This document shows, one piece after another, positions 20,294-31,030 of a DNA stretch of 64,000 nucleotides (its first letter is position 1; every line of letters starts with the position of its first letter). Position numbers and translations under genes: made by a program. The notes below the pieces were generated by a model. It ran no database searches. It had not been told where the DNA came from and saw only the letters and a program-made list of their open reading frames with translations. Origin of the DNA: Candidatus Anstonellales archaeon (lineage in GTDB: Archaea; Micrarchaeota; Micrarchaeia; Anstonellales; J096); assembly GCA_038896535.1 (NCBI GenBank), contig JAWACY010000002.1, positions 1 to 64,000 on the forward strand. Direction: 5' to 3'.

Positions 20294-21463
20294 ATGGAAA
20301 AATTTAGGGAGGGCAATAACAAAAATGGAAGTTATGGAAATAAAAATGCTGGAAATAAAAATGAAGAACATATTGTTAAAGAATTGGCTGAAGTTATTAG
20401 GAATTTAAAACCGCTATCAAAAGAAGAGCTTAGAGAGGCCAGAATGAGATTTTCTATTGCTCGTTTTTTTATTGATTCTGGCAATGAAAAAAACAATGGA
20501 GAAGAAAAACAAGACATGTATAAGGAAATATATGAAGCCCTATATAATTTAAGGCCACAGATAACAAATAATAATGAAGGGAGAAAAGGGAAAAATAGGA
20601 AAAGAAAAGAATCAACATACGGAAAGCAGAGCGATAATAGTTATGAGATGGATGATAATGGTTTTGGGCAAGATGTTTTGGAAAACATAAAAAAAGATCC
20701 TGATTTGAAAATTGCTGAACAAAATATAGATTTGATAGATTATGTATTAAGAATAAACAATTATAAAAGCGTTGGCAAGGATGAAGTGACAGTTTTATGC
20801 CTATTAAAAGAAATAATAAAAGCTTATCAAAAATTGCCTTATTATACATGGCAAAAAGCAAACTTTTTATTAAGATCATTGCTTAGATGTGAATATAAGG
20901 ATAATAAGATTTTAAATGAAATTATAGAACTAACAGAAAAGTTTAACATTGTTGAATTCTTAGATGAATTAAAGATGCTAGTAGAAAAAGGAAAAGTGCC
21001 AGATGAAAAAAAAGAACAAGTCAAGAAATTAATAGAGAAATTTGAAAAAATAAACAATATGGGCAAGAAAAACATGGGAGTGGAAAAATACATTACGTCA
21101 GTTATAGAAGAGGCCAGATTTCTTGTTACTTTATGCAGAAATAACCAATGCAAAAACGACATTTATTTTGAACACTTGGCAGAATTGGAAAATTGTTTGC
21201 ATGCACTATTCAATCTATATAAAGAAATTGAAGTAAAAACAACACTTGCTTATAGGATTGAAGAAACATTTAGAGATATAGCCAAATTTGATGATGTGCG
21301 CATAAATAATATTATATTGAATTATATAAAAGACCTTGAATTGTCAAATTTAATTGATATCCCAGAGAGAATGCTAAATGATGGCTCATACCCAGAATCA
21401 ATCAGAAAACAGGCAGAGAATGTAATTGAAAAATTAAGAAAAAATAGCGGAAACAAAGATTAA
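20294..21463 (+). CDS. Hypothetical protein: low-complexity N-terminus plus two similar HEAT-like helical blocks
   Basis: DNKILNEIIELTEKFNI...QVKKLIEK resembles DVRINNIILNYIKDLEL...QAENVIEK. Confidence 0.7.
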   Translation: MEKFREGNNKNGSYGNKNAGNKNEEHIVKELAEVIRNLKPLSKEELREARMRFSIARFFIDSGNEKNNGEEKQDMYKEIYEALYNLRPQITNNNEGRKGKNRKRKESTYGKQSDNSYEMDDNGFGQDVLENIKKDPDLKIAEQNIDLIDYVLRINNYKSVGKDEVTVLCLLKEIIKAYQKLPYYTWQKANFLLRSLLRCEYKDNKILNEIIELTEKFNIVEFLDELKMLVEKGKVPDEKKEQVKKLIEKFEKINNMGKKNMGVEKYITSVIEEARFLVTLCRNNQCKNDIYFEHLAELENCLHALFNLYKEIEVKTTLAYRIEETFRDIAKFDDVRINNIILNYIKDLELSNLIDIPERMLNDGSYPESIRKQAENVIEKLRKNSGNKD

Positions 21464-21488
21464 GATTTTAGTAATTAAGTTTTGCTGC

Positions 21489-24122
21489 TTATTCTATAAT
21501 AAAACATGGCTTTAATGGCAGCCCAGATTTTTCTTTTTGCGTTATTTCCTCTTTCTTTATATTTTCTTCATCAATTATTGTAATGTTCCCAAATTGTTGA
21601 AAGTTCTTTATGCTTGCTTTGATACTTTGTTTAAATAGCTCTTTTTTTGGTATGCTTGGAATAGAAAATATTTTTCCGCCAAGCCTTTTTACAATATCAT
21701 TTATATCATTCTTATAAGGCGAGAAATAAGGGCTATTGTAAATATTTCTAACATTGCCCTTAGCCAATTTTAATTCTTCAAAAAACCTATATTTCCATTC
21801 ATGTGGAATAATAATTTTTATGTTAGCATGTTTTATGCCCTTTCTAAGCATGTAATTTGCTATATCTCCGTAAGTTTCTCTAACAACAGACATGGATGCA
21901 ATAATATGCTCATCATAAGGCTCTTGCTTTGGTATTTCCATATTTACATTTGCCCCATTTTGCATTGCAAAGTCAGGGAAAAATGGTTCAATTACAATAA
22001 GCCACTTCTTTATTGTTTCCTTTAATGCTGGTTTTTCAACTATGCTTTCATACCATTTTAATTCATTATAAAAGTCATAAAAGAATAATTTAGCAAATTC
22101 CCTGAAATCAAGATTGTCTATTAATTTATCGACAAGCCCCAATTTTTCATTAAAACATGCCCTTATCCATTGCTCAGCTATTGTATTGCCCTCATTGCTG
22201 CTTTTATTTATTATATAATTAAAAAATGAGAGTCTTTGCTTTATGCCTTCAATGAGCGTTTTATTAAAATCAGTATCTTGCAGTAAATCTGCACTGCTGA
22301 CAACGCTAAATCTTATTATATCAGCTCCATGCTCTTTTATTGCCTGTCTTAATGGCAGTATATTGCCCATGCTTTTACTCATTTTTTTGCCCTCCATCAT
22401 AACAAAGCCATTTATTGCTATTTGCTTAGGCCAATGCTGCTCTGGAAATATTGCAACATGGTTCATGATATAAAATGCTAAATGATTCCTTATCAAATCT
22501 GGGCCGCTATGCCTTGAATCAACAGGATACCAGTAAAGAAATTGCTCTCTTAATTTTTCATGCATTTCATTTTTTGGCTTTCCTTTGCCATAAAATACAT
22601 AATCAAAGAATGCCTCATCAAGTTCTTGTGGGGAAAATGCCTTTATTTTATCTGCTATTGTATAGAATGCAGGATAAATTGTTGAATCGCTTAAACTTTC
22701 TATAACTTGCGATTCATCAAAAGGAAATTGTGTGCCAAGCCCTCTTGCTCTCGTGCATGCTTTTTTGTCAAGCCATAATATTGTATTTCTCAGCTCTTGC
22801 TTAACGCTGTTTGGGATTATAACCATCTTATCCAAGCATTTCAAAGCTTTTTCTTTCCATTCCTTGTTCCCATAATCTATAAACCATTGATCTTTAACTA
22901 ATTTTACTACAACTTCATCTCCTGCCCTTGTTTTTATTGGCCCGTTTGCAATTATGTAATAAGAAAATGCATTATTATTTTCAATAAGCCATTTTTTCAC
23001 TTCATCTTTTGCTTTGCTTACTGGCATTCTTTGCCATACAATAAGCATGCCTTTAGCATTCTCATCTTTATAAACCTTTTTTGTTGCCTGCTCAAGCCTT
23101 TCATCATCTTGATTTTTTATGCCCATTTTTTCAACAACATCTTTTGCTGGAATATCATATCCTTCAACCTCAATAATCTTCTTTATTTCAAGTTTCCCAA
23201 TATCTTTTAATGCAATGTAATCAAATGGTGCATGAGCTGGCACGCTCATAACAAGGCCAGTGCCATTATTAGGTTTTACAAATCTTGCATGATATATTGG
23301 CACTTCTTTTTTATCAGCAGGATTATAGGCAGTGCTATTTAATAATTCAGCCCCTTTTATTTCTTCTATGGCCTCAACATCTTTTTGCATAGAGAAATTT
23401 TGCAATGTGCCTTTGCTTATATAGTATATTTCATTATTCTCTCTATCTTTTATTTTTACATAATCTGCCTCTGCATTGACCCAAATGTTTGTGACTCCAA
23501 AAATTGTTTCTGGCCTATAAGTTGTTGCTATTAAATAGCCATCTCTAAATCTAAATTTTATTGCACAAACTTCTTCTATTTCAGGATCTATATCCCCTTT
23601 TGTATCATGTGCTCCAACAGCAGAATTTAACTTTATACTCCATGCAACAGGATGCTCCGCCTTTAATAAAAGCCCAAGTTTTTTTAATTTCAAGAACTGC
23701 CATTGTATAAATTTCTGAAAATGTTTATCAAATGTATAAAATTTTCTGCTCCAATCAATCATAAAATGCATTTCTTTCATGCCCTGCTCTATCTCATTTG
23801 CAAAATACAAAACAAGCTTTTCAGGATCTGTTAGCTCTTTTAACTTTTGCTCAGGCACACCGTAAATCTTTGTCAAAACTTCTATTGTATCTTTATCATG
23901 CTCTTTTATTCTTTCAGCCATTCCAATAATTGGTGTTCCAGTAACATGAAATGCCATTGGGAAAAGGACATCAAATCCTTTATGCTTCTTAAATCTTGCA
24001 TATATGTCAGTCATGCTATATGTTCTGGCATGCCCTATATGCTGTGGGCTGTTTGGATAAGGAAAAGCTGCAGTTATAAAAAATTTTTTCTTGCCATCTT
24101 TATCTTTATTTTCTCCAGCCAT
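21489..24122 (-). CDS. leuS: Leucine--tRNA ligase (archaeal type)
   Basis: AFPYPN..HIGH, TTYRPETIFG, SLSDSTIY, KMSKS. Confidence 0.97.
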   Translation of the reverse strand: MAGENKDKDGKKKFFITAAFPYPNSPQHIGHARTYSMTDIYARFKKHKGFDVLFPMAFHVTGTPIIGMAERIKEHDKDTIEVLTKIYGVPEQKLKELTDPEKLVLYFANEIEQGMKEMHFMIDWSRKFYTFDKHFQKFIQWQFLKLKKLGLLLKAEHPVAWSIKLNSAVGAHDTKGDIDPEIEEVCAIKFRFRDGYLIATTYRPETIFGVTNIWVNAEADYVKIKDRENNEIYYISKGTLQNFSMQKDVEAIEEIKGAELLNSTAYNPADKKEVPIYHARFVKPNNGTGLVMSVPAHAPFDYIALKDIGKLEIKKIIEVEGYDIPAKDVVEKMGIKNQDDERLEQATKKVYKDENAKGMLIVWQRMPVSKAKDEVKKWLIENNNAFSYYIIANGPIKTRAGDEVVVKLVKDQWFIDYGNKEWKEKALKCLDKMVIIPNSVKQELRNTILWLDKKACTRARGLGTQFPFDESQVIESLSDSTIYPAFYTIADKIKAFSPQELDEAFFDYVFYGKGKPKNEMHEKLREQFLYWYPVDSRHSGPDLIRNHLAFYIMNHVAIFPEQHWPKQIAINGFVMMEGKKMSKSMGNILPLRQAIKEHGADIIRFSVVSSADLLQDTDFNKTLIEGIKQRLSFFNYIINKSSNEGNTIAEQWIRACFNEKLGLVDKLIDNLDFREFAKLFFYDFYNELKWYESIVEKPALKETIKKWLIVIEPFFPDFAMQNGANVNMEIPKQEPYDEHIIASMSVVRETYGDIANYMLRKGIKHANIKIIIPHEWKYRFFEELKLAKGNVRNIYNSPYFSPYKNDINDIVKRLGGKIFSIPSIPKKELFKQSIKASIKNFQQFGNITIIDEENIKKEEITQKEKSGLPLKPCFIIE

Positions 24123-24174
24123 CAGGAATATGTCAATAGAACAATTTTTAATTTTTTTTATTCCTTATTATTCA

Positions 24175-25164
24175 CTACTTTTTTATTGTTAGTTCTTCAA
24201 TGATAAGTGGCATCATGTCTATTCTGTAATTTGTTATTGGTTTTAATTTTTTTATATCATGAAAACCAAATGTCCTTGCTATTTCATAACCAGCATATGC
24301 TATCATAGCCCCATTGTCTCTATTAAATTCATCCCTTGCTGTGCCAAATTTGACATTATTTTCATCTGCAATGCTTTTCATAATTTCCTGTAATCTTTTG
24401 TTTTGGGCGACTCCCCCGCATAGTATTATGCCCTTTGCCTTTTTTAAGTGCAATGCCCTTTCTGTTATTTCTGCTAGCATATAAAAAGCAGTTTCAAATA
24501 AAGAGAAAGAAACATCTTCAATGCTGTGTTTTTGGAGTGCTTTCAATGCAGCAGTTAAAAGCCCGCCATATTGAATATTCATACCTTTTACAGTATATGG
24601 AAGCTCTATGAACTTACCATTTTCAGCATATTTTAAAAGCTGTACAGCATTAGCTGGCCTTATGCCAGCCTTTCTAGCAAATGTATCAAATAAATTACCA
24701 ACGCTTATATCAAGTGTCTCTCCAAGCACTTCATAAAAATTATTGCTTGCTTTATATAGAAGTTGTGTATTGCCCCCGCTTGTATATAATATTACTGCAT
24801 CATTAATGCCAGTATCATATTCTGCTATTTTTATATGTGCATAAGGATGGTTAACCCCAACTATGGCTTTTTTATAATAACTTGCTAAGAATTTTGCAAT
24901 GCTGACTGTAAAAGATAATGGTGCTCCTATGCCAGGGCCTTGAGAAACTGCTATTAAATCAATATTATCAATGCCTATATTGGCATTCAAAAGTGCTTTA
25001 TTCATTACACTCGCAAAATTTAATGCATGATGGTCAGCAGCTTCTCTTGGCAATAAACCTTCATATGCTGTATAAGTTGAGTAAACATTGCTTATTACTT
25101 TTCCTTGTTTTACTATGCCAACTCCTATTGTATGTGCCGTTCCTTCTATACCAAGCACGTTCAT
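24175..25164 (-). CDS. kae1: tRNA t6A threonylcarbamoyltransferase Kae1 (stand-alone)
   Basis: LGIEGTAH, SQGPG, VNHPYAH, SGGNTQ, GETLD, GGVAQN, DNGAMIA. Confidence 0.95.
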   Translation of the reverse strand: MNVLGIEGTAHTIGVGIVKQGKVISNVYSTYTAYEGLLPREAADHHALNFASVMNKALLNANIGIDNIDLIAVSQGPGIGAPLSFTVSIAKFLASYYKKAIVGVNHPYAHIKIAEYDTGINDAVILYTSGGNTQLLYKASNNFYEVLGETLDISVGNLFDTFARKAGIRPANAVQLLKYAENGKFIELPYTVKGMNIQYGGLLTAALKALQKHSIEDVSFSLFETAFYMLAEITERALHLKKAKGIILCGGVAQNKRLQEIMKSIADENNVKFGTARDEFNRDNGAMIAYAGYEIARTFGFHDIKKLKPITNYRIDMMPLIIEELTIKK

Positions 25165-25194
25165 ATCAATATATTTTAATCACATCTATTTAAA

Positions 25195-26589
25195 ATGATA
25201 AGTGATAATACAAGAAAGAATATCACAAAAAGCAAGAAAACAAAAAGCAAGAGAAAAGCTTTTAAAATTTCGCCAAGAAATGCATCCATGGCAGGAAAAA
25301 TTGAATGGTATGAAGAGTTTCATAAACCTGAATACAAGCCAGCAAAGGATGACCTTGTTTGTTTATTTTATTATGAGGCTGATAAAGGCATTAGCGTAAA
25401 AGAAGCAGTAGGCAGAATAGCAAGTGAGAGCAGCACAGGAACATGGACAACATTGGCAAAGCTTCCAGCAAGAATGAAAAAGTTAATGGCAAAAGCATTT
25501 GAAGTTAGGGGCAATTATGTTAAGGTTGCTTACCCAATTGATTTATGGGATAAAGGCAATATACCGCAATTATTATCTGGAATAGCAGGCAATATATTTG
25601 GTATGAAGGCTGTAAAAAATTTGAGATTAATAGATGTTAGTTTACCAAGAGATTACATAAAGCACTTTAAGGGTCCATGGGCTGGCATTGATGAAGTTAA
25701 GAAGAGATTAAAAATAAAAGAAAAAAGGCCGATATTTGGAGCTGTGCCGAAGCCAAAAATAGGTTTTTCTGCTGCTGAACATGCAAAGATTGGTTATGAA
25801 ACATGGATGGGCGGTTTTGATATTGTAAAAGATGATGAAAATCTGACTTCCACAAACTTTAACAGGTTTGAGGATAGGGTAAAATTGCTTACAAAAACAA
25901 GGGAAAAAGCAGAAAAAGAAACAGGCGATCTTAAGAGCGCATTCATAAATATAACAGGCCCAGTTAAAGTAATGGAACAAAGAGCAAAAATGCTTTATGA
26001 TTATGGCTGGGAATATGCAATGATTGATGTAGTTGTAACAGGATTTGCTGCTGTACAGCATATGAGAGATGTTTGTAATGATTACAAATTATTTATCCAT
26101 GCCCATAGGGCAATGCATGCTGCAATGGATAGAAATCCAAAGCATGGAGTTAGCATGTGGTTCTTAGCAAAAATGTTTAGGCTTGCAGGTGTTAATAATT
26201 TACATTGTGGCACAGGGGTTGGAAAGCTTGAAAGCCCATTTGAAGAAGTATTAAGAATTGCAGATACATTAAGAGAAAAGCATGTAAAGCAAAGAGAGCT
26301 TTTGCTTGAACAGGATTGGGCGCATATTAAAGATGTTTTCCCAACCGTATCTGGAGGAGTACATCCTGGAATAATGCCCCCAATATTAGATAAAGTCGGT
26401 GGAGACAGAGTTATATTCCTTGTTTCTGGTGGCATTCATGGCCATCCAAAAGGAACAAGGGCAGGAGCAAAAGCAGCTATACAGGCATTTGAAGCATGGA
26501 AAATGGGCGTAAGTTTAGAAGAGTATGCAAAAACACATAAGGAGTTGGCACAAGCTCTTGAGAAATGGGGACATTATAAGCCCAAATAA
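25195..26589 (+). CDS. rbcL: Form III RuBisCO large subunit
   Basis: ESSTGTW, PKPKIG, GFDIVKDDENL, HAHRAMH, GKLE, SGG, GGIHGHP; likely start ATG 25288 (MAGKIEW). Confidence 0.96.
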   Translation: MISDNTRKNITKSKKTKSKRKAFKISPRNASMAGKIEWYEEFHKPEYKPAKDDLVCLFYYEADKGISVKEAVGRIASESSTGTWTTLAKLPARMKKLMAKAFEVRGNYVKVAYPIDLWDKGNIPQLLSGIAGNIFGMKAVKNLRLIDVSLPRDYIKHFKGPWAGIDEVKKRLKIKEKRPIFGAVPKPKIGFSAAEHAKIGYETWMGGFDIVKDDENLTSTNFNRFEDRVKLLTKTREKAEKETGDLKSAFINITGPVKVMEQRAKMLYDYGWEYAMIDVVVTGFAAVQHMRDVCNDYKLFIHAHRAMHAAMDRNPKHGVSMWFLAKMFRLAGVNNLHCGTGVGKLESPFEEVLRIADTLREKHVKQRELLLEQDWAHIKDVFPTVSGGVHPGIMPPILDKVGGDRVIFLVSGGIHGHPKGTRAGAKAAIQAFEAWKMGVSLEEYAKTHKELAQALEKWGHYKPK

Positions 26590-26922
26590 AAGACCAAAAT
26601 CTTTTTTATTTTTCTTTTCTTCTCACTCAAAATTTATTAGCCAATATAACGCCAATATAATGCACCAATCTGTGCCAATCTAGGAATTTATTTATGTGTA
26701 TGGGCAATATCATTAATAATGGTAACATCATTATGTAATGGCGATGTAATGCAACCTGTTATATTATGTTATATCGCATTATTATACCATTATAAAGGGT
26801 AAAATTATACATAGTAGGATAAGACCATGTAAATTATTTTTAAATTTATTCTGCATATATTTTATGATTGGGGTGGGAGGATAAACAGGTTAATACTTGA
26901 GGCAGAGGATTATAAAAATACA

Positions 26923-28911
26923 TTGAAAAAATTGCTAATAAAATGTAAAGGCAGGTTGGACAGGCAATTGCATAAAGCAGAAACAAATGCAAGCAATTTA
27001 AAAAAAGACATAACGAAAAAAGGCACAAATGAAAAAGATATAAATGAAAAAGGCACAATTGAAAAAGACATAAAAATGGCCAGTGCTATATTAGGAAAAA
27101 TATTTGAAATAGATAGGAGCGAAAATATCAGGAATTTCAAGAAATCATTAAATAAATTAGTAGATATGCTAGTTTTTTATAACCCCACTTTAATGTTTTA
27201 TAATAATGAGCAAAAACATCTTTTTAAAATTTCGGCGCTTTTTGATGACTTTCTTTTATACTTGTTTAAAGATGGAATAAAAGATGAGTTGCCAAATTTA
27301 AGGGCTTATCATGTTATATTAAAACATATTATAATCGATGCCTTAGGCATAAGCAATATTTTGCATGGCAATGATAAAAGTATTTATCTTGACTATGATT
27401 TTAATTCAGGGCTAAGGCAGAAATTTGAGTCAAATATGGAACTTTCTTTAATAACATATTATGGACCTGAATATTTAATAAAACCAGAAATATGTAATAT
27501 GGCTAACTTGGGAAAGAAACAAGAGCATTTATTTAGCTTTGAATATGACAAAGAACTTGATTTATATAATTTATCATATAGAGAAGAAAGCATAAAAAAC
27601 CCTGTAATTCTTATAATGGCATTGAATGTTGCTTATTATAATGGCATAAAAAGATTTCGTGTTAAATATGAGCCAGTAAAAGCCGAATTTTCTCAAAGCA
27701 TGAATGAAATTTGGTTAAAATATGAGAGATTGCTAAATCTAATGTGCAAGGCAAGAGATTACAAAAAAGAAAATAAGGAGCTGATTTTAGAGGCACATGC
27801 TTTTTTTGCAGGCAACTGTTTATTTTATACTCCATCATTAGCATTTGATATAAATAAAGCAGCTTTAGTAAGGCATAACAGCATTGCTTATATTAATGAT
27901 TACAAAAACAAGTTTAAATTGGATGGCAATTTTATAAAAGCCTTAGATGATATTTATTCCAATTTATTCTTTAATAATAATGACTTAACTTTATCAGCAA
28001 TTGATAAATGCTTTTCCTCAATACAATTGCCAATTTACGCAAGAAAGAGGGTAGAAAATTTTATAAGCCATTTAATTAACCAAAATGACGGAATAAAATT
28101 AAAAAAGCATGAGCTTCACAAATTTATTTTATCAGAAAAAGAGGAAACTGCATTTTGGCTTTGTTATGCTGATGCAGTCTGTGATTTAATTGAGCAAAAT
28201 ATAAGAGCAAGGGAGTTAGAAGGATATGAAATATTTTTGCACAATCTTAAGATAATAAGAATTTTCATTGATCTGTTGAATGAAAAAACAACTTTTACTA
28301 ATCTTATATTAGACAAAATAAAAAAAAGGCACAGTAGATTAGAATTAGATAATATGATGAATGGCGATTTTTCATTCATACTCAAAAATAATATGGTTGA
28401 TATTATACCAATCTATGTAGAATTCCATAAAGGCTTCATAGATTTTAATGAGATTAAAGAAGCAATTAAAAAAAGCGACCGCACGAAATTTATGAAATCT
28501 ATTATTGAATATACAGCAGCCTCTCTTTACATAAAGAAATTGATTAAGAATAAGTCAGGAATATGTGATAATTACTCATTTGTAGAATTTTTAGTTTCTC
28601 TGCACGATTCAGATAATAATTCGCGATTAAAAGCAACGGATGAATTCTTAGAAGCAATAAAGGAATTTGCAAACAAATCTATTTTTAATTTTATAGAACT
28701 AACTGACCTTATTGTTTCTTATAAACTTAAAAAATTTTATAAAGAGCTGAGAGACTTATTTTTGGATTATAAAGGCATGAAAAAATTCATGATCTTTGTG
28801 CATTTACTAAACCCAAGAGGGATAAAGAAAGTATTGGTAAGGGCTTTATACAAAAATGACTTAGAAAGGATAGAACAAGAACTGAAACAATCTAAATATA
28901 ATCAATATTAA
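26923..28911 (+). CDS. Large hypothetical protein
   Basis: 662-aa open frame; N-terminal 10-aa tandem repeat; start uncertain. Confidence 0.7.
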   Translation: MKKLLIKCKGRLDRQLHKAETNASNLKKDITKKGTNEKDINEKGTIEKDIKMASAILGKIFEIDRSENIRNFKKSLNKLVDMLVFYNPTLMFYNNEQKHLFKISALFDDFLLYLFKDGIKDELPNLRAYHVILKHIIIDALGISNILHGNDKSIYLDYDFNSGLRQKFESNMELSLITYYGPEYLIKPEICNMANLGKKQEHLFSFEYDKELDLYNLSYREESIKNPVILIMALNVAYYNGIKRFRVKYEPVKAEFSQSMNEIWLKYERLLNLMCKARDYKKENKELILEAHAFFAGNCLFYTPSLAFDINKAALVRHNSIAYINDYKNKFKLDGNFIKALDDIYSNLFFNNNDLTLSAIDKCFSSIQLPIYARKRVENFISHLINQNDGIKLKKHELHKFILSEKEETAFWLCYADAVCDLIEQNIRARELEGYEIFLHNLKIIRIFIDLLNEKTTFTNLILDKIKKRHSRLELDNMMNGDFSFILKNNMVDIIPIYVEFHKGFIDFNEIKEAIKKSDRTKFMKSIIEYTAASLYIKKLIKNKSGICDNYSFVEFLVSLHDSDNNSRLKATDEFLEAIKEFANKSIFNFIELTDLIVSYKLKKFYKELRDLFLDYKGMKKFMIFVHLLNPRGIKKVLVRALYKNDLERIEQELKQSKYNQY

Positions 28912-28958
28912 AAATACTCCATACCAATATTCCAATAAAGAAACATACACGAACTTAT

Positions 28959-29645
28959 ATGTTTTTAAACTCTTTTGTCCAAGTTTTAAAAGGTGGGAAT
29001 TTGCAGTTAAAATTACTAAATGGGAATATTATTTTAATAGGCAAAGATGGAGAAAAACAAATAAAAATATTAAGAGGGCAGGAATTTTCATCTTGGTTTG
29101 AAGATGGATATGGAGATAAGCATATGTTTTTAAAATACAGATGGGGAAAAAGCCATAATGCTCAATGCGATGATTGCGGATTCTTTGATTTAAAAAATGG
29201 CGTATTTTCTATTTTTGATGGAGTGACAAATGTTGCTGGAAAAGAGCCGGGATTTGGCGGTAAGCAAGCATTTGAGCTTGCCCAATCAATGCCCATGTTT
29301 ATTAACCTGCTTATAAGTTGCAAAGATTTTAAAGTAGCAATAGATGGATTTATAAAAAAGAATGGCAGGAAAAAAAGCACAGCAGTTATTGTATGGCTCG
29401 ATAAAGATAAAGGCATGTTTCATGCTTTTTCTGTAGGAGATTCAAAATTTGTTATCGGGGATATAGAAAATGATGATTCATTAATATTTGATGAGCAAGG
29501 CAGTGCACTGATTTTTGGAGATGAAATTGCGCACAGATTTTATTCAGGCCCAATAAAAGCTGGCTCAACATTAGTCATGTTCACAGACGGCTATTTAAAC
29601 CCAGAAGACGATTTAATACACGTCGAATATGAGATAAAATATTAA
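28959..29645 (+). CDS. PP2C/SpoIIE-like protein phosphatase
   Basis: CDD, IFDGV, STAV, VGDS, MFTDG, DD; start may be TTG 29001 after AGGTGG. Confidence 0.75.
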   Translation: MFLNSFVQVLKGGNLQLKLLNGNIILIGKDGEKQIKILRGQEFSSWFEDGYGDKHMFLKYRWGKSHNAQCDDCGFFDLKNGVFSIFDGVTNVAGKEPGFGGKQAFELAQSMPMFINLLISCKDFKVAIDGFIKKNGRKKSTAVIVWLDKDKGMFHAFSVGDSKFVIGDIENDDSLIFDEQGSALIFGDEIAHRFYSGPIKAGSTLVMFTDGYLNPEDDLIHVEYEIKY

Positions 29646-29740
29646 AGAAGGCGAAGGCTAGATAAGAAAAAAGGTAAAATATTAAAGATAAAACATTAAA
29701 GGAAGAATATCCTTATCTTTATCTTTTTCCTTATCATTAT

Positions 29741-29792
29741 TTTTCAAATTTTCAACATTTTTGCAAATTGCAATTTTCAAATTTGTACGTTT
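29741..29792. repeat. 52-bp direct repeat, left copy
   Basis: TTTTCAAATTTTCAACATTTTTGCAAATTGCAATTTTCAAATTTGTACGTTT, identical to 31031-31082; contains the ATPase stop codon. Confidence 0.95.
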
Positions 29793-30994
29793 TCTAAATT
29801 TTGAATGCCTATTATTTCAATACCCTTCGCATGCTTTTTATCTAGCCTAACTTTTGTCTCAGGCATTGTTATAACAATTTTTCTCTTTATTTTTAACTCA
29901 GTCTTGATTAACCATTTTATATCGTTTTTATCTATTGTCTTCCTCATTTTTACTTCTATTGCATTTGAATTTTTTATGAAGTCAATCTCTTTTCCCCTGT
30001 CATTCCAAAAGAATTCAGCATTTAACTTCCATGCAACTTCTGTTTCAGCGATTTTTGATAAATCTGTTTGGCTAACGTAATCTATTAGTGTTGTATAATA
30101 TGGGTAATATTTTTTTGCCCTGACTTCAATTTTTCTAGGATTGTTGGAGAAATTATAAAGTTTCCTGATTAAAAAACTTTTTTCCAGTGCATTAATATAA
30201 TGAGATGCTGTAATTCTGCTTATACCAAAATCTTTAGCAATGTCTGATATAGCCATTATTTGTCCAGGATCTCTGCATATTGTTTTAAAAATTCCCTCCA
30301 ATATAGGCTGCTCATTTATGCTGTAAAATTTTTTTGCATCTTCATATATAACTTTTTTTACTATGCTGCTAACATAATCATGGCTGTCTAAAGAGCTGTG
30401 TAAAGCAAGGCCAGGTAATTGTCTGTGCATATAAAACTTATAGTTTTCCCATTCTTGCTCTAATATATCAGAATGCGCTTTCCCAGATAACATTAAATAT
30501 TCATCAAATGATAATGGGTTTATTGATATATCTATGCTTCTTCCAGCCAGACTTTCATGCCCTTTTTTTATTTCAAGTGATGCTGAACCGCTTAAAAATA
30601 TCTTTACGCCAATATTATCGTGCAATATTTTTATCTTACTTGCCCAGTTATTCAGATTTTGTACCTCATCAAAGAAAATAAAATAATTGCTTCCTTTGAC
30701 TTTTTTGCCAATTATCTCCTCCCATGTTTTTATTATTTCTATTGGCTCATCTATTTCTTCATCAAAACTAAAAAATAGTATGTTCTTTCTTGAAAATCCC
30801 TCTGATATAAGATGGTTTATTAGCTGTTTCATTAATACAGTCTTTCCTACTCTTCTCGGGCCGTTAATAGTTAAAATAAGTGGAGTTGATAAATAAGAAA
30901 CTAATTTCTTATATATGTGGCGTTTGAATGGATAATTATAGAAGAAATCATGCTCCCAATGTTGGTTTAAAAGCAATAAAATATCTTTAAGCAT
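29777..30994 (-). CDS. AAA+ ATPase (AAA_14 + DUF4143 type) with wHTH and C-terminal PD-(D/E)xK-like motif
   Basis: GPRRVGKT, FFDEVQ, SGSAS, ESLAGR, PLSFDEY, HTH IAKDFGISRITASHYI, EIDF...IEVK. Confidence 0.9.
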   Translation of the reverse strand: MLKDILLLLNQHWEHDFFYNYPFKRHIYKKLVSYLSTPLILTINGPRRVGKTVLMKQLINHLISEGFSRKNILFFSFDEEIDEPIEIIKTWEEIIGKKVKGSNYFIFFDEVQNLNNWASKIKILHDNIGVKIFLSGSASLEIKKGHESLAGRSIDISINPLSFDEYLMLSGKAHSDILEQEWENYKFYMHRQLPGLALHSSLDSHDYVSSIVKKVIYEDAKKFYSINEQPILEGIFKTICRDPGQIMAISDIAKDFGISRITASHYINALEKSFLIRKLYNFSNNPRKIEVRAKKYYPYYTTLIDYVSQTDLSKIAETEVAWKLNAEFFWNDRGKEIDFIKNSNAIEVKMRKTIDKNDIKWLIKTELKIKRKIVITMPETKVRLDKKHAKGIEIIGIQNLENVQI

Positions 30995-31030
30995 GTTAAA
31001 ATAATATGATAAAGAATTTTTAAACCTATC

